Of a stretch of DNA of 64,000 nt, positions 9,982-19,088 are shown piece by piece. Below the pieces are notes generated by a model that saw only the letters and a list, made by a program, of their open reading frames with translations, had not been told where the DNA came from and made no database searches. Source of the stretch: a virus (Duplodnaviria; Caudoviricetes); IMG/VR virus record IMGVR_UViG_3300021963_000022. One strand, written 5' to 3'. The position numbers and the translations under genes are program-made. Position 1 is the stretch's first letter. Each line of letters begins with the position of its first letter.

Positions 9982-11156
9982 GAAAATTATTCTATATGGG
10001 TCTCGAACCTTACAAAGCACGTTACACTCTACAATTACAAGAGTGGAATGAACGTGTATTTAAACGTAGAGGTATTAACTATGTTATCGTGCCTGGCGAA
10101 ACATTAAGTGATGACCAAGCTATTGTTACAGGTCAAGTACTAGACGCACATGGACGTACATACTTTGGTATGAGTCAACTAATGAATCTAGTACGTATGA
10201 TGAAAGCAGGAGAGTGTAGTGACCAAGATATTATCTATTTTGAAGATATGTTTCAACCAGGTATTGAGAGTTTGCCGTATATACTTAAGCAAGTACCTAC
10301 TAATCTTCGTCCTCGTATATTTGTCCGTTGTCTTGCTCAGTCAATCGATCCGGATGATTTCGTACATGTATGGGGAATGAGTGAATTCATGGGTCTCTAT
10401 GAGAAGATGGTAGATAGTTTTGTTGATGGCGTACTAGCTACTAACGAAGAAATGATTATGCATATGAAGATTGCAGGCTGGAAGTCACCTCTATATAACA
10501 TTAGTGGTCTTGCATTCGGTAAGAATGAGGTGCGTAGTCGTGTATTAGGACCATTGAAACCCTTTGAAGAACGTACTATGCGTGTAGCATTTAGTGCAAG
10601 ATGGGATCAAGAAAAACAACCTGATTTCTATATGGACTTAATTGAAGCGTTTTATTCTAGGTCAAATAAAAAAATTGAATTCTGTGTATTCAGTGGTAGT
10701 AAGTTAAAAAGCAATAACGAAAGTTATATGGAACGTACTCGCAAACTACAGAGCGAGGGTAAACTTGTCATCTATGAAGACTTGGAAAAGAATGATTACT
10801 ATGACCTATTAAACGATACTAGAGTATTGTTTAACTGTGCTTTACAAGACTGGGTAAGTAATACAGTTAGCGAAGCAGACACATTAGGTTGTAATGTATT
10901 ATATCCGGCATATCGTAGTTTCCCGGAAACGTTTGCTAATGATAATACACGACTGTATGTTCCTTGGAGTATTGATGATGCTATGTCTAAATTGCAAAAT
11001 TTGTTAATGGCACCGCACAATTTTCAAGGTCGTATTAGTGATTATACTGATAAAACTATTGACCGTATCTGTGATATCATGGAAGGCAATGGAGAACAAT
11101 ATTTACGCATGGGTAGTGACTATCGTAAATACACAAGAGAAACAAAATACTCATAA
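9978..11156 (+). CDS. GT-B fold glycosyltransferase
   Basis: AFSARWDQEKQP and NCALQDWVSNTVSEADTLG (variant of the GT4 donor-binding E-x7-E region). Confidence 0.75.
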   Translation: MRKLFYMGLEPYKARYTLQLQEWNERVFKRRGINYVIVPGETLSDDQAIVTGQVLDAHGRTYFGMSQLMNLVRMMKAGECSDQDIIYFEDMFQPGIESLPYILKQVPTNLRPRIFVRCLAQSIDPDDFVHVWGMSEFMGLYEKMVDSFVDGVLATNEEMIMHMKIAGWKSPLYNISGLAFGKNEVRSRVLGPLKPFEERTMRVAFSARWDQEKQPDFYMDLIEAFYSRSNKKIEFCVFSGSKLKSNNESYMERTRKLQSEGKLVIYEDLEKNDYYDLLNDTRVLFNCALQDWVSNTVSEADTLGCNVLYPAYRSFPETFANDNTRLYVPWSIDDAMSKLQNLLMAPHNFQGRISDYTDKTIDRICDIMEGNGEQYLRMGSDYRKYTRETKYS

Positions 11157-11171
11157 CATAAAGGAAATAAC

Positions 11172-11366
11172 ATGAGCGCACATAACGATATTAACACACA
11201 TTTAGAAGCATACTTGACCGAACATGAAAAGTTTGATAAAGGTAATGCGGCTGCAGGAACACGTGCCCGTAAAGCATTAGCTGAGATGGCTAAGGCAATT
11301 AAAGCACGCCGTAATGAAATTACAGCAGAAAAAGCCGCACGTGCAGAAGCAAAAGCTAAGGCTTAA
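11172..11366 (+). CDS. Histone H1-like (Hc1-type) small basic protein
   Basis: KGNAAAGTRARKAL motif. Confidence 0.7.
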   Translation: MSAHNDINTHLEAYLTEHEKFDKGNAAAGTRARKALAEMAKAIKARRNEITAEKAARAEAKAKA

Positions 11367-11368
11367 TC

Positions 11369-11599
11369 ATGGCAACTCGCAAGAAAATTCAACTTGAAGA
11401 AGTTAGTTCATTGCCAGACTCAATACAAGTAGGTAGTCACTTAACTGTGTCTACCTACTCTGATGGTCGTACTGAATTGGAATGGGATTGGGATGCATTA
11501 GTTAAAGAGGTACGTGAAGCCTGCGCTAGTGTTGAACTTGCCAATACAAAGCCCGCAGTTAAAGCTAAATCAAAAAAATCAGTTGCTAAATCAAAGTGA
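11369..11599 (+). CDS. Hypothetical protein
   Basis: ORF track; basic termini. Confidence 0.55.
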   Translation: MATRKKIQLEEVSSLPDSIQVGSHLTVSTYSDGRTELEWDWDALVKEVREACASVELANTKPAVKAKSKKSVAKSK

Positions 11600-11611
11600 T
11601 AAATACTTGTG
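11594..11611 (+). promoter_or_regulatory. Late promoter motif within an 18-bp sequence repeated at 32106-32123
   Basis: AAGTGATAAATACTTGTG is identical at both sites. Confidence 0.6.
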
Positions 11612-11665
11612 TTACACAACGGTAACACAATGTCAAAACAAAACCATCACAAAGGAAGGTTATCT

Positions 11666-12352
11666 ATGAGTTATAATAAAACAAAAACAGATCCAGAGTT
11701 GGGTCAAAAAGTTCATCTACATCTATTAAATATGGGCGTAGAAACGCCAATTGACGATACAATTGATTTAGGTGATCGTAAGGATCGTATTGAAAAGATT
11801 GAAGGTCATTTCAAAGCTATTATGGAAACAATGGGTCTAGACCTAGATGATGATAGTCTTATTGAAACACCTAAACGTGTTGCCAAGATGTATGTAAATG
11901 AAATCTTTTGGGGACTTGATTATGAGGCATTCCCTAAATGTACAACAGTTAACAACAAGATGCAATACAACGAAATGGTTGTAGAGCGTAATGTTAATGT
12001 TCAATCTAACTGCGAACATCACTTTGTAGTGATTGATGGATTGGCTACTGTAGCTTATGTCCCTAAACAAAAAGTATTAGGGCTTAGTAAGATCAACCGT
12101 ATTGTAGAATATTTTAGCAAAAGGCCTCAAATACAAGAGAGGTTAACAGAGCAGATATTTCACACCTTACAGTTCATCCTTGAGACAGAAGATGTTGCAG
12201 TTATGATTGATGCACAACATTATTGTGTAAAATCACGTGGGGTAGAAGATACAGGTAGTAGTACTGTTACTTGTCGCCTAGGTGGAGGCTTTAAAACTGA
12301 TCCAGCGGCAAGACAAGAGTTCTTACAGATTGCTAATAAAGGTTGCAAATGA
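11666..12352 (+). CDS. folE: GTP cyclohydrolase I
   Basis: [38 protein letters not shown]; start after SD GGAAGG. Confidence 0.95.
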   Translation: MSYNKTKTDPELGQKVHLHLLNMGVETPIDDTIDLGDRKDRIEKIEGHFKAIMETMGLDLDDDSLIETPKRVAKMYVNEIFWGLDYEAFPKCTTVNNKMQYNEMVVERNVNVQSNCEHHFVVIDGLATVAYVPKQKVLGLSKINRIVEYFSKRPQIQERLTEQIFHTLQFILETEDVAVMIDAQHYCVKSRGVEDTGSSTVTCRLGGGFKTDPAARQEFLQIANKGCK

Positions 12353-12540
12353 AATTTAAATTAGGTGATATGGTTAAAAAAGTGTCTGGTTCAGAATGGC
12401 ACGGTAAAGTAGTGGGTACATATTCAACTGAGTTAACGCCTGAAGGATATGCAGTTGAGAGTCATACAGAAAAAGGGTCTGTGCAAATATACCCCGCTAA
12501 GGCTCTTGAACTTTGGGAGATTAATAATGGGAATGCGTAA
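12349..12540 (+). CDS. R67/DfrB-type (type II, SH3-fold) dihydrofolate reductase homolog
   Basis: [33 protein letters not shown]...GSVQIYP closely follows the R67 core; ATGA overlap with folE. Confidence 0.85.
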   Translation: MKFKLGDMVKKVSGSEWHGKVVGTYSTELTPEGYAVESHTEKGSVQIYPAKALELWEINNGNA

Positions 12541-12763
12541 ACAAATGGACTACAATAGTGTGCATCATCAAATCTATATGAGTGGTGTAGAACTTCATAG
12601 TAATTACAATGATGGATACAACCAGTTTGAAATCAAAAAAGATTTACATCGTATTAAATGGTTACTTGATGAGATTATGGCTGACGCACCTACATTTACA
12701 GGTGAAGATGAATTCTTAAAAGAACACGAACAAACCAAGATGTGGAGAACACTTTCAAAATGA
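12527..12763 (+). CDS. Hypothetical protein
   Basis: ORF track; start refined to ATG 12527. Confidence 0.55.
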   Translation: MGMRKQMDYNSVHHQIYMSGVELHSNYNDGYNQFEIKKDLHRIKWLLDEIMADAPTFTGEDEFLKEHEQTKMWRTLSK

Positions 12764-13233
12764 TTTTTAATCACATTAAAGAACTAAAAGCACAAGGTAA
12801 AAAGATTGGCATTACTTTCAGTACATTTGATTTGCTTCACGCAGGTCACGTTGCTATGTTAAGTGAGGCGAAGAATCATTGCGATTATTTAATTTGTGGC
12901 TTGCAAACTGATCCAACCATTGATCGTCCTGATACAAAGAATAAACCCATTCAAAGTATTGTAGAACGACAGATCCAACTTGCGGCTTGTCGCTATGTTG
13001 ATGAGGTAGTTGTATATCAAACTGAACAGGACCTTATTGACCTACTACTTATTCTTCCCTTAGATGTTCGCATTTTGGGTGTAGAATATGCTGAAAAAGA
13101 GTTTACCGGAAGATATGAAGGTGGGGAACGAGGTATTGAACTTGTATTCAATGGTCGTGACCATAGTTTCAGTAGTTCAAGTTTAAGAAAACGGGTAGCT
13201 GATGCCCAGATTATTAACACTCTTAATAAATAA
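12760..13233 (+). CDS. Cytidylyltransferase-family nucleotidyltransferase (TagD/RfaE-like)
   Basis: TFDLLHAGH (HxGH) and RDHSFSSSSLR. Confidence 0.85.
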   Translation: MIFNHIKELKAQGKKIGITFSTFDLLHAGHVAMLSEAKNHCDYLICGLQTDPTIDRPDTKNKPIQSIVERQIQLAACRYVDEVVVYQTEQDLIDLLLILPLDVRILGVEYAEKEFTGRYEGGERGIELVFNGRDHSFSSSSLRKRVADAQIINTLNK

Positions 13234-13236
13234 CTA

Positions 13237-13302
13237 TAGCGGTCTTTGGACATCATCCCGCTTTACAAATTCTGCTGCCTATGCTATAATACAACATAGG
13301 AG
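13237..13302 (+). promoter_or_regulatory. Structured leader of queD: preQ1-I-riboswitch-like stem plus SD-sequestering hairpin, overlapping an extended -10 sigma70 promoter
   Basis: AGCGG 13238-42 / CCGCT 13258-62; CCTATG 13278-83 / CATAGG 13295-300; TTTACA 13262-67, 17 nt, TGnTATAAT. Confidence 0.5.
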
Positions 13303-13308
13303 AAATTC

Positions 13309-13791
13309 ATGGCAAACAAAAAATTCTTTTCAACAAAAACATACAGACAAATAGGTCCTGTCGCTTATCGTCAATGGCGTGCTGACAGTCATTGTAACTT
13401 AATTCATGGCTACGCTATGAGTTTTCACTTTGAGTTTGAAGCTGATACACTAGATGCCCGCAACTGGGTAACTGACTTCGGTGGACTACGACCTCTCAAA
13501 GACAAACTAGAAGAATGGTTTGACCATACTCTACTAGTCGCACAAGATGACCCAATGCGTGAACATCTATTAGAACTAGGTCGATTGAAGCTAGCAAAGA
13601 TTACAGAAGTAGAACGTACTGGCTGTGAAGGTATTGCTGACTTCTTATACGAATATGTTAATACAATCTTTTTACCTAACTGCGGTAGTGAAGAAGCAAA
13701 GCGTGTATGGTGCTGTAGAGTAGAGGTTCGTGAGACTGATAGCAATATGGCAGGTAGAGGTGGTCATAGAGAAGATGGGGAGTTTGCATAA
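13309..13791 (+). CDS. queD: 6-carboxy-5,6,7,8-tetrahydropterin synthase
   Basis: HCNLIHGY, DFGGL, FDHTLL, TGCEGIA, VEVRET. Confidence 0.9.
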   Translation: MANKKFFSTKTYRQIGPVAYRQWRADSHCNLIHGYAMSFHFEFEADTLDARNWVTDFGGLRPLKDKLEEWFDHTLLVAQDDPMREHLLELGRLKLAKITEVERTGCEGIADFLYEYVNTIFLPNCGSEEAKRVWCCRVEVRETDSNMAGRGGHREDGEFA

Positions 13792-14222
13792 TGTTTAGTG
13801 TAATTAAATTCTTTTGGTTAGTGAGTCGTTCATCCTGGAACATCATGAACCCCAATCTAAATCCGTTGCGACATGCACCTGTATATATCAAATATTTTCT
13901 TAGCATCCTACTGGGGTGTTTTTGGAGCCTAGCATTTGGAATCTACATTGGTGAACTGTTAACAATTGGCTACAATATGCTAGGTCACATTGCCATCATC
14001 AGCATGGTATTTGCTACTTGGGCTGTATTTCGTTCAGTAGAAAATACTTATGGTCCACGTGGTGGTACAGTAGATTGGTTACGCATGCCAGACTATAGTA
14101 GTCGGTGTGATGAACTTACTGAAGATCAGCGTTTTGCTAAAATCCAAGAATGGAACAATCGGAATGTTTGGAACGAACCTAAACATTCTGAAAAAGATAA
14201 AGAAACTTATTACGGAGCATAA
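13791..14222 (+). CDS. Hypothetical membrane protein
   Basis: Two hydrophobic segments; TAATG overlap with queD. Confidence 0.55.
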   Translation: MFSVIKFFWLVSRSSWNIMNPNLNPLRHAPVYIKYFLSILLGCFWSLAFGIYIGELLTIGYNMLGHIAIISMVFATWAVFRSVENTYGPRGGTVDWLRMPDYSSRCDELTEDQRFAKIQEWNNRNVWNEPKHSEKDKETYYGA

Positions 14223-14224
14223 AC

Positions 14225-14326
14225 GTGACCATTAATGAAATTATTGCTATAGTACTAATGGTAGCCGTAGTGGGCATAGTGCTATGGGATATGAACAGGA
14301 ACAAAGAAAATAAACCAAAGGAATAA
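14225..14326 (+). CDS. Small single-pass membrane protein (33 aa), below the ORF-track cutoff
   Basis: GTG start after GGAG; IIAIVLMVAVVGIVLW followed by a basic tail. Confidence 0.4.
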   Translation: MTINEIIAIVLMVAVVGIVLWDMNRNKENKPKE

Positions 14327-14361
14327 AGAATTCTACGCAGAGAATTTTAAAAGGAAAATAA

Positions 14362-15012
14362 ATGTTAGAAACAATTTGCGATACATTAGTTGAAGCATAT
14401 AGACGCAACTGGATTACTAGTCGTGATGGCAATGTAAGTATTCGTCATCACGACCGTGATCACTTTTACATCACTCCTAGTGGTGTCCGTAAGCAGACAA
14501 TGCAACCTGATCAGTTTAAAAAGATTGGCATTGAACAAGGCTACTATGACCAACCTCCTAAACCATACTATTCTTGGAAAGAACTGGCATATACAGACAT
14601 TAGTGAGAAGCTAAAACCTAGCGGAGAAATACCACTGCACTTCGGCTTACAACGAGAAATGGGGCAACACAGTGATGATGTAAGAGTTGTAGTTCATTTA
14701 CACCCTACTTATTGTATTGCGGCAATGCACGCCGGTATTGATTTAAGCACTATTAGCAAAGCGTTTCCAGAATTGAATCGCTACACTAAGGTAGCACCCA
14801 ATGTAGGAGACGTGCCTCCGATTAGTCAAGAGCTTGCAGACCAGTGCCATAAGATGTTACAATTAGACAATAAAGGCAATATTGTTTACGACATTGTAGG
14901 TATCAAAGGACACGGAGTTGTTGCTATAGATACAAGTCCATGGCGTGCTTTTGAACACATTGAACGATTAGAACATATTTGTCAAATCGTATTAGCATCA
15001 AATAAATTTTAA
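14362..15012 (+). CDS. Class II aldolase/adducin family protein
   Basis: SRDGNVS, ITPSG, PSGEIPLH, HLHPTY, GHGV. Confidence 0.88.
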   Translation: MLETICDTLVEAYRRNWITSRDGNVSIRHHDRDHFYITPSGVRKQTMQPDQFKKIGIEQGYYDQPPKPYYSWKELAYTDISEKLKPSGEIPLHFGLQREMGQHSDDVRVVVHLHPTYCIAAMHAGIDLSTISKAFPELNRYTKVAPNVGDVPPISQELADQCHKMLQLDNKGNIVYDIVGIKGHGVVAIDTSPWRAFEHIERLEHICQIVLASNKF

Positions 15013-15022
15013 GGAGAAAACT

Positions 15023-15712
15023 ATGTTTGAAACAACTTATGAAAATGGAACGTCATATCGTTCCGCAAGCGAAATCAATTCAGCAATGGGTCGTGTCTAT
15101 GGACATATGAGTCTTGCTGTTATTGTATCAATGTTTGTTAGTTACTTTGTAGGCACTAGTCCAGAGTTATTGGCATTCTTTTTTACAGGCTGGATTAAAT
15201 GGATTGTAATATTATCACCACTTGCGGCTATCTTTGGTGTTGCTATGGTACTAGCCAATAACCCAAGTAAAAGTGTAGCACAACTATGCTTACATGGTTT
15301 TGCGGCATTAATGGGATTGAGCTTTGCTACAATCTTTGCTGTATTCACTATGGGTAGTATTGTGTCAGCGTTTATGGGAGCCTCGATACTTTTTGGTGTA
15401 ATGAGTGGATATGGCTACTTTACCAAACAGAGTTTAGACAATGTTGGTAAGTTTATGTTTGTCGGCCTAATTGCTATCATTATTGCTAGTATTGTTAATA
15501 TCTTTATTGGTAGTACAGTTATGCAAATGGTTATCAGTGCATTAGCTATTATTATCTTTTTAGGACTAACTGCTTATGACACACAAAAGATCCGTGAAGA
15601 ACTTAGTATGGAAACTAGTGATAGTGCAGAAGTGCGAGGTGCATTAACATTATATATGGACTTCATTAACTTGTTTATTAACCTATTACAACTGTTTGGT
15701 GATAGAAAATAA
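15023..15712 (+). CDS. Bax inhibitor-1/YccA family membrane protein
   Basis: Multiple transmembrane helices; TAYDTQKI and ALTLYMDFINLF. Confidence 0.88.
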   Translation: MFETTYENGTSYRSASEINSAMGRVYGHMSLAVIVSMFVSYFVGTSPELLAFFFTGWIKWIVILSPLAAIFGVAMVLANNPSKSVAQLCLHGFAALMGLSFATIFAVFTMGSIVSAFMGASILFGVMSGYGYFTKQSLDNVGKFMFVGLIAIIIASIVNIFIGSTVMQMVISALAIIIFLGLTAYDTQKIREELSMETSDSAEVRGALTLYMDFINLFINLLQLFGDRK

Positions 15713-15722
15713 TTAACAAAAC

Positions 15723-15914
15723 ATGAACAGTTTGGAAAAAATCTGGTCTAGAGCAACAGGTCATCTAATGGGTAATACTGATGATGACCGACCCGATGTA
15801 CCTATTCTTACATTACGGGAAGCAAAAATTGCATTGTTCCTAAAGACTTTCTGGGTGGTACTACATGTGATAACATGTTGTTTTATTATAGCAAATACTT
15901 TACATCATTGGTAA
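15723..15914 (+). CDS. Hypothetical small membrane protein
   Basis: ORF track; hydrophobic C-terminus. Confidence 0.55.
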   Translation: MNSLEKIWSRATGHLMGNTDDDRPDVPILTLREAKIALFLKTFWVVLHVITCCFIIANTLHHW

Positions 15915-15917
15915 TAT

Positions 15918-16124
15918 ATGAACAAAAAAATCAAAGAACTAGCAGAACAATGCGGTTTTAGACCAGGTGATAGCATATACGATAGAAATCAATCATTTGA
16001 TATTGAGAAGTTTGCAGAACTTCTAATCAGAGATTGTGCAAAGCAAGTTAATCACATTTACAAACAAGGTGGCGGCACATGGGGTGAAGTCATTCTTAAA
16101 ACTTACAATATAAAAATCAAATGA
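15918..16124 (+). CDS. Hypothetical protein, KFAxLIxxC paralog family
   Basis: DIEKFAELLIRDC. Confidence 0.6.
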   Translation: MNKKIKELAEQCGFRPGDSIYDRNQSFDIEKFAELLIRDCAKQVNHIYKQGGGTWGEVILKTYNIKIK

Positions 16125-16969
16125 GTCATTTAAAAGTAGCAGAATTATTTTATAGCATTCAAGGTGAAGGTAGATACATGGGTGTACCTTCAGTATTTCT
16201 CAGAACATTTGGCTGTAACTTCAAGTGTGCTGGATTTGGTATGCCTAAAGGTGAACTAAGTCGTGAGGTAGAAGACATTGCCGCACGTTCACATTACTAT
16301 GATGATTATAAGAAACTTCCTTTAGTTTCTACAGGTTGTGACAGTTATGCAAGTTGGGATCCTAGATTTAAACATCTTAGTCCTGTACTAACAACAGATA
16401 GTATTGTAGATAGCATTATGGATATGATTCCGCACAAACGTTGGATGGATGAGCATCTTGTTATTACAGGCGGTGAACCTTTATTAGGTTGGCAACGTGC
16501 TTATCCTGACTTGCTTTCACATGAAAAGATGAGGAGTCTTAAAGAGATTACATTTGAAACAAATGGTACTCAAGAACTAAGCCAAGACTTTTCAATATAT
16601 CTACAACAGTGGAAGATAAACAGAGAAAAAAATGCACTTACCTTTAGTGTAAGTCCTAAACTAAGCATCAGTGGTGAGAAGTGGGAAGAAGCTATTCGCC
16701 CTGAGATTATTCATCAATATGAAAGTGTTGGCTTTGTTTATCTCAAGTTTGTTATTGCTACTAAAGAGGATGCACTTGAAGCTGATGACGCAGTAAAAGA
16801 GTTTCGTAGTAGAGGATTCAGAGGTCCTGTATACTTTATGCCATGCGGTGGTGTAGAGTCTGTGTACAACTTGAATGCAAAGAATGTAGCAATTGAAGCA
16901 ATGAATCGTGGTTATCGTTACAGTGATAGACTACAAGTACCTTTATTTAAGAATGAGTGGGGTACATGA
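16121..16969 (+). CDS. queE: 7-carboxy-7-deazaguanine synthase (radical SAM)
   Basis: ELFYSIQGEG, FLRTFGCNFKC...GCDS, ITGGEP, ETNGT, SVSPK. Confidence 0.9.
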   Translation: MSHLKVAELFYSIQGEGRYMGVPSVFLRTFGCNFKCAGFGMPKGELSREVEDIAARSHYYDDYKKLPLVSTGCDSYASWDPRFKHLSPVLTTDSIVDSIMDMIPHKRWMDEHLVITGGEPLLGWQRAYPDLLSHEKMRSLKEITFETNGTQELSQDFSIYLQQWKINREKNALTFSVSPKLSISGEKWEEAIRPEIIHQYESVGFVYLKFVIATKEDALEADDAVKEFRSRGFRGPVYFMPCGGVESVYNLNAKNVAIEAMNRGYRYSDRLQVPLFKNEWGT

Positions 16970-17151
16970 TGGCACAAATAGTAATTACAAGAACACAGTT
17001 TGAAAAACTGAAAGAAGTATTTGAGATGTATGATCTTGATAGAGTGATTTGGACAGAAGATTCAACTAATGGTATAGGTTCAACTACTACCATTGAGTTT
17101 GATCCTAAATCTACTGTTAAGATGGATATTACTGATTTAGAAAGTTGGTAA
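16966..17151 (+). CDS. Hypothetical protein
   Basis: ORF track; ATGA overlap with queE. Confidence 0.5.
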   Translation: MMAQIVITRTQFEKLKEVFEMYDLDRVIWTEDSTNGIGSTTTIEFDPKSTVKMDITDLESW

Positions 17152-17375
17152 TGCCATTAGATCAAGTTCAATCATATGACTATTTCTATGAAAAAATAAT
17201 AGGTACTGAACTTAAGTTTGCTTGGTTACCACAAACTTGTGATATATCGGGTAAGCGTATTTGGTTTAAATGGGGCTATCGCATTACTAGAATTATTACA
17301 GGTCCGGGCGAATCTATCTTTGAATATAGATGGCATGAAAAGAATACCCATATTATATGGAAGCTAACGAGGTAA
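17151..17375 (+). CDS. Hypothetical protein
   Basis: ORF track; KFAWLPQTC...W pattern. Confidence 0.55.
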   Translation: MPLDQVQSYDYFYEKIIGTELKFAWLPQTCDISGKRIWFKWGYRITRIITGPGESIFEYRWHEKNTHIIWKLTR

Positions 17376-17379
17376 ATAT

Positions 17380-17553
17380 ATGTATGAATTAAGATATCTT
17401 GTCCGAAAAGGTTGGGACGGACTAGAAAAAGTGTTACAATATAGAACACAAATTGAAGTAACTGATTATAGTACAACCACTGATAAAGGTAGTTTTACTA
17501 AAAAACGTGAATGGACTGAATGGAAAGATGTACCGGTAGTAAAAGATGAATGA
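17380..17553 (+). CDS. Hypothetical protein (57 aa), not in the ORF track
   Basis: MYELRYLVRKGWDGLEKVLQYR...WTEWKDVPVV, after SD GAGG; fills the gap between neighbours. Confidence 0.55.
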   Translation: MYELRYLVRKGWDGLEKVLQYRTQIEVTDYSTTTDKGSFTKKREWTEWKDVPVVKDE

Positions 17554-17767
17554 TAAACTAAAAGAACTGGTAGCGGAATGCTACAATCCTTATTCAGACT
17601 TTGATTATGAAAAGTTTGCTAATCTAATTATTGAAGATGTACTCAGTATTATGGGTGACCCTAAAAACTATAACAGATGCACATATACTAATTTTGATTT
17701 AAATACCGCTTTGTGTATATCAACAGAACTATCTGATAAAATTAAAAAACTTTATGAGAACGTATGA
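17546..17767 (+). CDS. Hypothetical protein, KFAxLI paralog family
   Basis: DYEKFANLIIEDV. Confidence 0.55.
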   Translation: MNDKLKELVAECYNPYSDFDYEKFANLIIEDVLSIMGDPKNYNRCTYTNFDLNTALCISTELSDKIKKLYENV

Positions 17768-19088
17768 TAAACGTATTGGCTTCTTAGTAAGCTATCAAAC
17801 ACTTATCCCGCACGGGGGTATAGGTCAATTTGCTAAAAGCTTTTGTGAATTGATGGATAAGCACAATATCAAAGTTGATATCATTACTGATAAAGAACCC
17901 AAAGATAATGAGTTTGTCAAATCACTTAAAGCAAACATAATTGCTCCCACTGATTCACTATCATATACTACTCATAGTAATATCTTTATGTACGGTGATA
18001 CATTTTGCTATGAAAGAATGGCTAACTTTCGTAATAGTATCATTAAAGCATTAGAGCATAACTTGTATGATGCATTTGTATGCAACACCTACGAAACTGT
18101 ACAAGTAGCAAGCACTATGGGACTTGAAGATTGTATTCAAATCATTGCTTATACACACTTAGAAAGTCAAATCTTTAACGATACTAAAAATCCTTTTTTA
18201 AACAATACCAATGTGATGATGCGTCAACAATTAAGCACAACAAACATTGATATAGGAACTCAAAGTAAATTTAATCAAGTACACTTAGATGAATCATCCT
18301 ATCATCTTCCTATACCTATTACTGAGCGTGGATTGCTTGAAGAACATCACAAACAACGTGAAGGTATACTATTTGTCGGTCGTTGGGAAGAAGGTAAAAA
18401 TCCTGAGTTGTTCTTAGACTTGATTGAACAAACAAAGTTGCCTGCAAAAGTAATGACTAGTGCAAACGGTGCAAAGAAGTTTGAAGATAGACTAAAGAAG
18501 ATCGGTGTACCATATGAAATCAAAGTGGGCATCATCGGTAAAGAGAAAGTTGACTTTATGACAAGTGCTAGAATTTCATTCAACCCTAGCATTGTTGAGA
18601 GTTATGGTATGGCATTCTACGAACAACATATTCAAATGCCTACATTAGTATTAGAGAATCAGCGTTGGACTAATAACTTTAATAAAGATTTCTTTTACAC
18701 TTGCACTAGGAAAGATATGGCAAGTAAAGCAAAAGAGTTGTATGATATTTTTGAAAAAGCAGAAAGATGGTATAACTTAGGATCATTGAAACACGCACAA
18801 GAACAAGAAGCTACAGTCTTTCACAAATGGAATACATGCTTTAATGATTTTGAGCCTAAACAATCCAACAGCAATACTGCTAAAATTTTACAAAATGAAA
18901 CCATTAAGTATAATGATTTTATTGAAGGATTGGGACGTAGTATAATTTGTATTGATGACTGCCGTTCTGCATTGACTAATAAACATAAGTTTCGTACAAT
19001 CTATACAGATGAAGATACTTACTTAACAAAGGATCCTAGCTTTGAACCAGTTGAAGAAACAAGTCAATCGCTATTTACATTCGCATGA
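17754..19088 (+). CDS. GT-B (GT4-like) glycosyltransferase
   Basis: PHGGIGQ, LFVGRWEEGKNP, FNPSIVESYGMAFYE. Confidence 0.85.
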   Translation: MRTYDKRIGFLVSYQTLIPHGGIGQFAKSFCELMDKHNIKVDIITDKEPKDNEFVKSLKANIIAPTDSLSYTTHSNIFMYGDTFCYERMANFRNSIIKALEHNLYDAFVCNTYETVQVASTMGLEDCIQIIAYTHLESQIFNDTKNPFLNNTNVMMRQQLSTTNIDIGTQSKFNQVHLDESSYHLPIPITERGLLEEHHKQREGILFVGRWEEGKNPELFLDLIEQTKLPAKVMTSANGAKKFEDRLKKIGVPYEIKVGIIGKEKVDFMTSARISFNPSIVESYGMAFYEQHIQMPTLVLENQRWTNNFNKDFFYTCTRKDMASKAKELYDIFEKAERWYNLGSLKHAQEQEATVFHKWNTCFNDFEPKQSNSNTAKILQNETIKYNDFIEGLGRSIICIDDCRSALTNKHKFRTIYTDEDTYLTKDPSFEPVEETSQSLFTFA

